From the NCBI GenBank assembly GCA_963821175.1, contig CAWGCU010000030.1:549-64548 (forward strand): DNA of 64,000 nt. Reading direction: 5' to 3'. The notes below the pieces were generated by a model. The model was given only the letters and a program-made list of their open reading frames with translations, ran no database searches and had not been told where the DNA came from. Positions 9,552-18,764 of the stretch are shown piece by piece; positions within the stretch are counted from its first letter, which is position 1; every line of letters begins with the position of its first letter. The DNA is from an uncultured Alphaproteobacteria bacterium. Its GTDB lineage: Bacteria; Pseudomonadota; Alphaproteobacteria; Rhizobiales; Xanthobacteraceae. The translations under genes and the position numbers were made by a program.

Positions 9552-11247
9552 TCAATGAACATAGTACAGCTGCACCTCGGCCATGGTGCCGGACATCTTG
9601 CAATTGATCCGATCCGCGCTTTGGCGCAACAAGTAGCCGGCGAGCAGCCGCTCGCCCTCCTCGCCGGCGATGATTTCCCGCGGCGTTGGCTTGCGCTCGG
9701 GAATCATCAAAGGCGCGCCCTCGTATTTTACTCTGATATCGAGGTTGAATTCGTCGAAGCTTGCCTCGATCTCGCTTCCTTCCGGCACATCTCCCACGAC
9801 CTCGAGTAGTTGCACGACACCGAAGATGGCCCGGTTGATGATGTCGCGCCGTGCCCCCCATCGTCCGCCCTGTTCGGTCAGAAACCGCTCGACCGTATCC
9901 CGGTTGACGTGACCGGCATCGAGCTTCATCGTCACGCGCTGCCGGACACCGATACGCATGAACAAGTTGAGGAGCACGGCAGAAAACGTGCCGAGCACCA
10001 GCGCGTTGTCCAGAATCGGGTGAAGCAGGAGCGGAGCCTGCGACAGCAGATCATGGCTAACGTCAGCAATCACTGCCATTGCAAATGAGAACCCAATGAC
10101 GATGATCTTGCGGGAGTCCAAGAGACGTGCAGTTATCATCTGCAAGCCGCTAGTGAAGACGAAGGCGGCGGTGAAGAACATCGCTGCGCCAATAACAGGA
10201 GCAGGAATCGTTGTAAACACAACCGCCGCCGGTGGCACCAGCGAAAGCAAAGCAAAAGCAATACTGATAATATAGGCGATAGAGCGGCTCGTGATTCCGG
10301 TCGCTACCGACAGACCGATGCTGGAACTGTAACTGTTAATTCCCAGGCTTCCGATCATCGCGGAAATAATGGAGGCGATGCCGTTGCCAAACAGCCCCCT
10401 ACTCAGTGACGCGAAATTTGGACGCACCCAGTCTGCATCATTGATGCGTTGCGCGGTCGATATGTTGCCCATCAGATGCAGCGTTCCGGCGATAGCAACG
10501 ATCGCGAACGGCGCAATCAGGCTCGCGTCAAAACGCCATTGCAAGAGATATAGGCTGGGAAAACGCAGCAGGGGCAGTCCGCCGCTTCGGATTCGCAGTG
10601 GAAAAATCCAGTATGCCCAGCGCGGCGCTGGCGCCGTAACCTACCGCCATGCCAAATAGAACGCAGAACATCCGCAAATAGCCTTTCGTCCAGACGTTCA
10701 GGATCACCATCGTCATCAGGGAAACGACGGCAATCGCAAGATACTCAGACGTCGTCGCGCCATTCGCGGCGCCAATCAGGCTGTAGCGTACGCCGAGCAC
10801 TGCGATGGACAGGCCAACCACCGCGATGACAAGCCCCGCTATCTCAGGCGGAAGCAGAAAGCGAACCCGCCGCAACACGGGAGCTATAGCGGTTTGCAGG
10901 ATGCCGGCGATGAGGGTCATCCCAAATACCAGCGGCAAGCCTCCAATCTGTGCTGCCGACAGCGAGGGACCCAGGTAGATTTGCGTATAAGCCGCAGGAC
11001 ACAGATATCCGGAGCCGATAAAGCGGCTTCTCGCACAGAGCAGCAGTGTGCCTACCCCCAATGCTAGCATCGAAACTGAAACAAAATCGAGGAGCCGATC
11101 CGCAGACAGATGCGCTTCTCGGCCGAGGATTATGGGATAGATCAACGAATTCGACATCAGGGCTACCTGTTGGAGCCCTGCTACGATGAACACCGCCCGC
11201 GGCGGCGTTTCATCAACCGAGTAGAGCAGTCCCGGCGGGCGCGCCAT
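9552..11247 (-). pseudogene. NCS2-type permease with RsbW-like tail, copy B, one frameshift as sequenced
   Basis: ORF 10528..11247 (MARPPGLLYSVDETPP...) and ORF 9552..10544 (...QWRFDASLIAPF... to ...AEVQLYYVH) are colinear with copy A. The frame change lies near 10545-10600, where hand translation restores GGLPLLRFPSLYLLQWRFD. Confidence 0.8.
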
Positions 11248-11268
11248 TTTCGAGGGGATCCCCGCCCG

Positions 11269-11616
11269 TCAAAGCCTAGTCAGCGCATCTTCGCGCGAAC
11301 CGTGAACCGTAAAGGCCTCAAGCAGACCGCCCATTTCGAACAACTCCCGCACCTGGCCCGCGAGACCGCACAGTACCATGCGTGCGGCGTTTCGTTCCGC
11401 CTCGTCGCTGGCGACGAGCAGCACGCGGAACGCCGCGCTGGTGAGATAAAGCACTTCCTTCAAGTCGAGCAGAATCGTCTTTTCTCCCGACGAAAGCAAT
11501 CCGTTCAGCCGGTCCAGGAGGTCCGCGGCGTTGCCACTGTCGATACGGCCACCAACCGACAAAATGCACACCGGACCGGCGTGGCTGTCTTGCATCCTGA
11601 GGGCGGTATTGTTCAC
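11269..11616 (-). CDS. STAS-domain protein (RsbV/SpoIIAA-like anti-sigma-factor antagonist)
   Basis: Intact 115-aa ORF with the pattern ...ILLDLKEVLYLTSAAFRVLL..., placing Thr59-Ser60 at the usual phospho-acceptor position. The GTG start overlaps the upstream stop (GTGA at 11613..11616). Confidence 0.85.
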   Translation of the reverse strand: MNNTALRMQDSHAGPVCILSVGGRIDSGNAADLLDRLNGLLSSGEKTILLDLKEVLYLTSAAFRVLLVASDEAERNAARMVLCGLAGQVRELFEMGGLLEAFTVHGSREDALTRL

Positions 11617-12069
11617 GTTTTTTTCCTCCCCGAGACCGCGGAACGCAAGGCGCAGAGTTTCGTCAACGTGGTGTGGTTGCGGTTACCTATTCTTGCATAA
11701 TCGATGCGGTCAACAAGCTGCTTGGTCATTTGCACTCCCACGCCGCCCGGCTGTGGTCTCTGGCCGGGTAGCGGTTTGTTGCGTTCAGGCGCCTCGCGCG
11801 GGTCGAACATCCGCCCGTCGTCGATGATCTCGACTTCGATATCTTCGTCTCGTGCCGTGATGCGGAATCTCGATGTCGTGGGCGCCGCCTTCAGGCCACG
11901 CGTACTTTATGACGTTACTGACGATCTCATCGAGCGCGACCTGCAGCTGAAACATCGACTGTTCCTGCATCCCGTGCTCGGCGCCCACGCGCTCCATTGC
12001 CGTGGTCAAAACTGCGAGGTCCGCCATGTTGTTGCGAATGACGATGTGCGTGGTTGGTGGCAGGGGCAT
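11613..12069 (-). pseudogene. RsbW/SpoIIAB-like anti-sigma-factor-type serine kinase (GHKL ATPase), one frameshift as sequenced
   Basis: ORF 11785..12069 contains LQVALDEIVSNVIKYAW (N-box). After a single extra C near 11868, hand translation gives RITARDEDIEVEIIDDGRMFDP (G1-like) and GGVGVQMTKQLVDRIDY (G2-like), ending in ORF 11613..11810. Confidence 0.7.
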
Positions 12070-12100
12070 CGGCTATTTCGCTACAAAGTGTCGGATCCCG

Positions 12101-13675
12101 TTAGACTTCGCCCATTTGCAGCCGCGCCCCCGCAGGCTGCCAGCGCAACGCAAGCATCGTCACGTCGTCGAACTTCGGCGCGTCGCCCGTAAAGAGATCG
12201 ACCTTGGCCTTGATCGCGCGCACCATTTCGTCCGGTCTAAATGCGGACGCGACGCACAAATCGGCGTGCAGCCGAGCGTTGCCGTAGAGCTCATCCGCGG
12301 CATTCATCGCCTCGGTCACGCCGTCGCTGAAGACGAATAAGGTATCGCCCGGTATCACAGTCACGGTTCGCTCCTGGTACGCAGCTCCAGCGCGAACGGC
12401 GAGCGGCATTGCCGGTTTGTCGTTGATGGGTTCGATGCTGCCGGAGGCATGCAGCACGCACGGCGGGAGATGACCCGCGTTGACGTAGGTAAGCACGCCG
12501 GTTTTGGTGTCCAGCACGCCGAGGAACAGGGTCACAAACATGCGGTCGCGATTGTTTTGGCAAAGCTCGTGATTGACTGCCTCAATGATCCGCAACGGAG
12601 TGATCTGATCTCCGCTCGTTTTCCGCCAAAGCTGTACCGCCATCCGGACAAGACTGCGGGTGCGCGCCATGAACATCGCGGCCGCGGCTCCTTTTCCAGA
12701 CACGTCGCCGACGAGAAAGCAAAACAGGTGTTCCGAAGCATAAAAGAAGTCGTAGAGGTCGCCACCAACCTCGCGCGCGGGCTCCATCAAGGCATGGATC
12801 TCGACCGGCTGCTCCGGCGTGCATGCCGGAAAAACCAGCGGCAGCATGCCGAGTTGCAGCTTGCGGGCCGCATCCATCTCCTGCTCCAGCCGCGCCAGGC
12901 TTGCCTTTACCGCATCGCGCAAACGCTTCTTTTCCAGGCTGGCGCCGACCCGCGCGCGCAACAGCGTCGGATTGAACGGCTTCGGTAGGTAGTCCTCGGC
13001 GCCGAGCTCGATGCACCGGATCACGCTCTCGATCTCGCTGAGCGCCGAAATCATGATGACCGGAATGTCACGCAACCCGGCACCGGCCTTCATGCACTCC
13101 AGCACCTCATACCCGTTCATGTCGGGCATCATGATGTCGAGCAGAATGAGATCAAACGGCTTCGCTTGAAGGAGATCGAGTGCTTCACGCCCGTTGGCCG
13201 CGGTCGTCAGATTTGTGTAGCCCTCGCGCGTCAGTCGGCGCGTCAGGGTGTAGCGATTGTCCTCATTGTCATCGACCACGAGCAGCGCAGGACCGGCGAC
13301 GCTCACGATCCAGTCCTCTCGCGCGAGCTGTTTGATCTTTCCGAGGAGGCGCGGCAGCTCGACGGGCTTCGTGTCGTAGTCGTCACAGCCCGCAGCTAGG
13401 GCCTTTTCCCGGTCGCCGGCCATGGCATTGGCGGTAAGGGCGATCACCGGAATATGCCTGGTGTCGGGGGCGGCCTTGATTCGGCGCGTCGCCTCCCAGC
13501 CGTCGAGCACCGGCAGGCTCAAATCCATCAGGATCATGTCGGGCCGCTCGCTCGACGCCATTGCGACGCCTTGCGCGCCATCGGTGGCGATAATGATCGT
13601 GAAGCCCGCCCGGGTCAGACGGTTCTTCAGCATGAAGATATTGTCTTCGTTGTCTTCGACGTACAGGATTTTCAT
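12101..13675 (-). CDS. response regulator with two receiver domains fused to a PP2C/SpoIIE-type serine phosphatase (RsbU-like)
   Basis: Intact 524-aa ORF. REC1 is ILYVEDNEDN...MDLSLPVLDG...TKP and REC2 is LLVVDDNEDN...LDIMMPDMNG...PKP. The phosphatase motifs are EVGGDLYDF, VGDVSGKG and FSDGVTEA. Confidence 0.9.
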   Translation of the reverse strand: MKILYVEDNEDNIFMLKNRLTRAGFTIIIATDGAQGVAMASSERPDMILMDLSLPVLDGWEATRRIKAAPDTRHIPVIALTANAMAGDREKALAAGCDDYDTKPVELPRLLGKIKQLAREDWIVSVAGPALLVVDDNEDNRYTLTRRLTREGYTNLTTAANGREALDLLQAKPFDLILLDIMMPDMNGYEVLECMKAGAGLRDIPVIMISALSEIESVIRCIELGAEDYLPKPFNPTLLRARVGASLEKKRLRDAVKASLARLEQEMDAARKLQLGMLPLVFPACTPEQPVEIHALMEPAREVGGDLYDFFYASEHLFCFLVGDVSGKGAAAAMFMARTRSLVRMAVQLWRKTSGDQITPLRIIEAVNHELCQNNRDRMFVTLFLGVLDTKTGVLTYVNAGHLPPCVLHASGSIEPINDKPAMPLAVRAGAAYQERTVTVIPGDTLFVFSDGVTEAMNAADELYGNARLHADLCVASAFRPDEMVRAIKAKVDLFTGDAPKFDDVTMLALRWQPAGARLQMGEV

Positions 13676-16614
13676 TTATGTCTCTGCGGGCAGCACGCTG
13701 CGTTGCCGCTCCACGCATTTTATCAGCACGCTGCGCACCTCACGCAGCATGTCGTCACGGTCGGTTTTCTGAATGATGCGCTCGACGCCGCCGTTGAGGC
13801 GGTTGCGGTCCGCGTCGGTGAGGTCCCTGGCGGTGACCACCACCACGGGGATATCGCGCCATTCGCGCGTTGCGACGCATCTCCTCCAGGAACTCGAAGC
13901 CGTCCATCTCGGGCATCATCAAGTCGAGGATGATCACGTCAGGCCGGGCTTCGTTCAATCTCGCCAGTGCGATCGAGGCCGTCACGCGCCTCGGTCACCG
14001 TCCAGCCCTGTTGTTCGAGGGCCGCCCGCATCTGCCGGCGTCCAAGATCGTCGTCATCCACCACGAGGAGACGGCGGCCGGCCGAACCGCATAGTGCGTG
14101 CAGCACATCGACAAGCTTTTGCCGATCGACCGGTTTGATGAGGTAATCGGTGGCGCCAAGCGCATAGCCGCGGTTCTTTTCATCCACGATGGTCATGAGA
14201 ACGACCGGCAGATCGACCAGATCCGGATCGCCCTTGATCGCGGCGAGTACGGTCCAGCCGTCGAGATCGGGCATCATGATATCCAGCGTCACCGCGGCCG
14301 GATGGAGCTCGCGCGCCATGCGCAATCCCTCTTTGCCGCCGTCGGCTTTCGCGACCGAGAACCCTTCGCGCTCCAGGAAGCGGCCAACCACCTCGCGCAC
14401 CGTTGCGTCGTCATCGATGATCAAGATCAGGGGCGCATTGTCCGGCCCGGTCTTGACGCTTGGTGCCGGAAAAGTTTGATGAATGGCAGTCGGCGCCTCG
14501 CCTGCGACCGATGCCGGCAGGCGGATCGTGAAGGTCGAGCCCCGGCCAAGCTCGCTTTCGACCGTGATATCGCCACCCATCATCTGGCAGAAACGGCGGC
14601 TGATCGCCAGCCCGAGGCCGGTGCCGCCATATTTGCGCGTCGTCGAGGAATCGGCCTGAGAAAAATCCTGGAAAAGCTTGCTCATCTGCTCCGGCGTCAT
14701 GCCGATGCCGGTGTCGCTTACCGCCATTGTGATCCAATCGCGTCCTGATTCCCTATGGCGCTCTGCCCGTACTGTAACGGTGCCGCGCTCGGTGAACTTG
14801 TTGGCGTTGCTCAGCAGGTTGAGCAGTGCTTGTCTCACCCGCGTCTGGTCGGCCTGCATGGCTCCAATTTCCGGCTTGCAATCGACCACCAGTTGGTTGT
14901 TGTTCTTGGCCGCTAGCGTTTCGACGGTTTTGACGGCATCGTCGATCAAAGGGGCGACCGCGAACTCGTCGATGATGGACTTCCATCTTGCCGGCTTCGA
15001 TTTTCGACAGATCGAGAATGTCGTTGATCAATCCGAGAAGATGCCGCCCGGCGTTCATGACGCGGTTGAGCGGCTCGATTTCATCCTCTCGCTTGAGGTC
15101 GCGCGCGTCCTCCTGCAGCATCTCGGTCACGCCGATGATCGCATTGAGCGGCGTGCGCAATTCGTGGCTCATATTGGCGAGAAACTGCGACTTGTGCTGG
15201 CTTGCATCTTCGAGCTGTCGGCCTCTTTTCCTCGATCTCGCTGAACAGCCGGGCGTTCTGGATGGCGAGGACCGATTGCGCCGCGAAGGTCTGCAGCAGC
15301 TGGATAGTATTCTTCGGGAATTCTCCCGGCGCCTGCCGCCGCACCACCAGCGCACCCACGATGCGGTCGGACAGCGAGCAGCGGCACAACGAGGCGCGCG
15401 CGATAGCCGGCCTGCAGCATGATATCGCGGGCCACCGAAGTCGGCTCGGCGCCCAAGTCGGGCGTCTGCATCGGCTGGCGCTGCTCGATGGCGAGCGCGA
15501 CGGCTTTGGAGATTTCGGCGTGCTGATCTTTGACCGCCTCGATCAATGATTCCGTCATGCCGTAGGTGGCACGCAGCTGATATTCGCGCTTCGCTTCGTC
15601 GAACACGTAGATGGTGCCCGCCTCGGTGCCGGAAAGCTGGGTCGCCTTGCTGACAATCGCGCTCAGCACCGTTTCCAGATCGAGTGTCGAGTTGACGGTT
15701 TGACTGACCTCGCCGAGCGCGCGTAGCTCCTCATGTCTTTCAATGATGTTTCTTCGAAAAATTTCGATGGCATCGACCATTCGCCCGATCTCGTCGCGAC
15801 GGTCGCGATAGCCGATCTCAACGTTGGTCTCACCGGACGAAAGGCGTTGCATCACATTGGTAATGGACTTTACCGGACTGACGATCGATTGTCCGACCAC
15901 TACGGCGACAAATGTACTGATCACGAAGCCGACCAGCGTTATCAAAATGATGATGTTCTCATTCCAATCGGCATCGGAATAAAGCTGAGTCCCCATATTG
16001 CTTGCGGTGTACGAAATTGCGGCGGACAGATCCTGGAGATCGGTGTCGACGGCCTTGAAGGTGTCGTCCGTTTGGCCGAGCATCATCGTCGCCATGGGCG
16101 CGTCGGTTTGACCGACGTCGATCGTGTCCTTCGCCTGATTTTTACAAATCTGCCACTTGGCCAGCAGGCCCTGCATGGCTGGGCGTTCCAGGCTGGACAA
16201 ATCTGGCCGTTGGGCAAGTGCGACGATGCGGTTGGATACAGTATCGAGATCCGAATTGATTTCGGCGTACAGCGGCTTGAGCAATGTATCGCTCACGCCA
16301 TTACTGGCCCACGAAACGTAACGAAAGATTTTCAGGTGCGTAGCTACGACAGCCTCGCTGACTTGAGAAAACGACCTCTGCTTCGGGATGAGTTCGTTCG
16401 TAAGGACCCGCAGTCCGGCAGCCGATCGCGTCGAGGTCAAATAGGCGTTCGTTCCCAAACCCAACAGACAAATCAGCAGCAGCACCGATGCCACTGACGC
16501 TTTGATTTGGACAGACAGATTATTGAAGATGCCAATAAGTGACTGGATCCCGGACGATGTCTTCGGACTCATCGGGCGTTCAGGCGGTGTGACGGCCCCT
16601 CCGACACTCGTCAT
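13676..16614 (-). pseudogene. hybrid sensor histidine kinase (TM-periplasmic helical domain-TM-HAMP-GAF-HisKA-HATPase-REC-REC), at least five frameshifts as sequenced
   Basis: ORF 15169..16614 holds the sensor, HAMP and GAF regions. The H-box [16 protein letters not shown] lies in ORF 14753..15355. HATPase plus REC (NANKFTERG...DTGIGM...GGTGLGLAI...LILIIDDD) lie in ORF 13939..14949. REC2 is split over two more frames (ORF 13755..13985 and a hand-read tail ending ...RQRSVLPAET, stop TAA at 13676..13678). Confidence 0.85.
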
Positions 16615-17081
16615 TGCCGATAAACTCCGACACCTACAAAATAATCTCCCATCTTTTCGACGTAGCTCGACTTGTCTTCGATCTTGTTGTTGACCGGGTT
16701 AGGCCACTTGTAATCGACCCAGCCGCTTCCAGGCCCATTGGCAACATCGGCTAGCGCTTGAATGAGATATTTCCCGTCCTGATCTTTAAGACCGAGCAAA
16801 TTCTTGCCAATTAACGCGGGCCGCGCGCCGTGAGCGACACAAAGTCCCTTTTTGTCTCCGTCCCTGAAATAAATGAACGGATAGAGGTCGCGATCGTGGA
16901 ACTCTTTTGTGGAGGGGTCCGAGACGGCCTTAAAGGTGGCATCGGCGCCGTCCGTCTTGAACATTTCTTGGACACGTTTGACCATCGCTACTGCCTCGTC
17001 CTTCGTACCGAATTCGGCTGCGGCAACGGGCAGGGAAATGCTCGATAGGACGGTACAAAGCAGCAATGCAGTAAATCGCAT
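16611..17081 (-). CDS. secreted stand-alone single-Cache (sCache_2-like) domain protein
   Basis: Intact 156-aa ORF with the signal peptide MRFTALLLCTVLSSISLPVAAA. The Cache-like pattern is DLYPFIYF...GLCVAHGARPALIGKNLLGLKDQDGKY...GSGWVDYKWPNP...KSSYVEK..DYFVGVGVY. The stop overlaps the kinase start (ATGA at 16611..16614). GGGAGG lies 8 nt upstream of the ATG. Confidence 0.75.
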   Translation of the reverse strand: MRFTALLLCTVLSSISLPVAAAEFGTKDEAVAMVKRVQEMFKTDGADATFKAVSDPSTKEFHDRDLYPFIYFRDGDKKGLCVAHGARPALIGKNLLGLKDQDGKYLIQALADVANGPGSGWVDYKWPNPVNNKIEDKSSYVEKMGDYFVGVGVYRQ

Positions 17082-17245
17082 AGGTTTGGCCTCCCAAGGC
17101 TTTGATTTTTTCGGACTGAGAATAGTACGGTGTGGGCCAAAATGCTAATAAAAACAATCATTTATTTCAAGCGCAAATTGGCGTTGCGCCACAGATTGAG
17201 ACGCGGCGTCATTGAATTGATCTCCGCTGTCAATTCACTTCGACC

Positions 17246-18460
17246 GTGCTAGGAATTCTTGTGGTGGCGGAGAGCGACGTTATGGCTGAGGACGGTGCCA
17301 AGGACGGTCAAGCCGACGTACCCGCGGAGGCGTCTGTGACGGGCGGGGGAGGTAGCGGCTTGTCGCCCAAGCTGCGAGGATTGGATAGCAATCCGCAAGG
17401 TGCTTTCGGCCCGCGGTTCTGGCAGGCCTTTCGCGATACGGTTGTGCACCTTTACGACACGGTGGCGCTGCCGGACCCGTGTGAGGAAGCACGCTTCACC
17501 CTCTCCACCCGTACCTATCCGACGCCCCGCGCGATCCTGATGCGGTGTCAAGGCACGGCATTCATCATGACGCGGGGGCCCGCACTGGCCGCGCGCGGTC
17601 CCGACCAGCTGCTCATCCTGCTCCAGCGCGAAGGCCGGTGTGACACCGAGTGCGGCGAACGGCGCGGGCGTATCGAGGCGGGTTCTGTCGCGATCTTCGA
17701 TTATGCCCGGCCGTTCCGCAGTGCGGTGACCGATTACGGGAATCTGATGGTTATCCTTGCGCGCGAGAGCGTGCCGGCGGCACTCCTGGCGCTCGAGCCG
17801 CACGGCCTCATCTTTCCGCACGAAAGCGGCGCGGCGGGTCTGATCGGCGCAGCGATGCAGGAGTTTTATGCGCGGGCCGACGATCTGACAGTGAGCGAAG
17901 CCGAGGCAGCGATCGAGGGTATTGTGGCGCTGACGATCGCTTGCGCGCGCGCAAGGCTGGCGGGCGATGAAGCGGATCACGTGAAGTCGAAGAGAAAGGC
18001 CGCGCTGGATTACATCGACGCGCATCTTGGCAACGCCCAACTCGGACCCGACGAGATTGCCGAGGCGGCTCGCGTCTCGCGCGCATCGCTTTACCGGCTG
18101 TTGGCGACGGAAGGCGGCATTCGCGCCGTGTTGCTAAAGCGCCGGCTCGACGAGGCCCTGCGGCTCTTGCTGGCGGACAATAGGGACGAGCGCTCGCTGA
18201 CGGAAGTCGCCAGGCGCTGTGGTTTCGGCGGCACGAGCCAGTTCAGCCGGGCATTCCGCGCGCAATTCGGCGCACCACCGCGACATTATTGCGCGCTCAT
18301 CCGTCAACAGGACCTCGACTGGCACGAAGCACGGCTGATGGGCGACGGCTTCAACCGAGATTCCTTCTTATGGCGGCAACAGGGGTTGAGCAAATCTGCA
18401 GCATATGGAACGTGGCATGCGCCAGTTCGTGCATCGAAACGATCCAGTGGTCCGGGTTGA
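17246..18460 (+). CDS. AraC-family transcriptional regulator (start and exact stop uncertain)
   Basis: C-terminal HTH pair ...LGPDEIAEAARVSRASLYRLL...LTEVARRCGFGGTSQFSRAFRAQFGAPPRHY. It is divergent from the Cache operon. The likely start is ATG 17283, and the ~50-aa tail after the HTH region may be read-through. Confidence 0.7.
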   Translation: MLGILVVAESDVMAEDGAKDGQADVPAEASVTGGGGSGLSPKLRGLDSNPQGAFGPRFWQAFRDTVVHLYDTVALPDPCEEARFTLSTRTYPTPRAILMRCQGTAFIMTRGPALAARGPDQLLILLQREGRCDTECGERRGRIEAGSVAIFDYARPFRSAVTDYGNLMVILARESVPAALLALEPHGLIFPHESGAAGLIGAAMQEFYARADDLTVSEAEAAIEGIVALTIACARARLAGDEADHVKSKRKAALDYIDAHLGNAQLGPDEIAEAARVSRASLYRLLATEGGIRAVLLKRRLDEALRLLLADNRDERSLTEVARRCGFGGTSQFSRAFRAQFGAPPRHYCALIRQQDLDWHEARLMGDGFNRDSFLWRQQGLSKSAAYGTWHAPVRASKRSSGPG

Positions 18461-18764
18461 ACGCAGCGAAATCCCGAGCCCCTATCCACGGATGCAGTAC
18501 CCGGATGTGGCTTCCCTGCATCCGGACCACGATCATACGCCGATCGGCGCGATCATGGGTGGAACGAGCGGATCAAGACCCTATCGGGCGCGGAAGGGCT
18601 TCGCCGTCTATTGGTGTTGGCGCGCAGCTGTTTTGTGCATCACAGCAAATTCAGGCTGCTGATGTCGCCTTCGGGTCAGACTCGGCCGCGCGGGTCACCG
18701 GTTGCCGTGACCGCTATACCTCCAACACCGGACTCGAATGCGGCCAGCCATGGCGACCGTTTAG

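Noticed and set aside
17082-17245. Sigma-54-like TGGCGC...TTGC, and a 7-bp inverted repeat TGAATTG/CAATTCA, in the Cache/AraC divergent region.
   Set aside because: The GG-to-GC spacing is wrong for a -24/-12 promoter (9 nt instead of 5 between the blocks). The inverted repeat is too short to call an operator without comparative data.
18351-18536. Minus-strand ORF containing HELAH (a possible HExxH zinc-peptidase motif).
   Set aside because: It is short, has no supporting context upstream (in-frame stops), overlaps the AraC 3' tail, and a single pentapeptide is insufficient.
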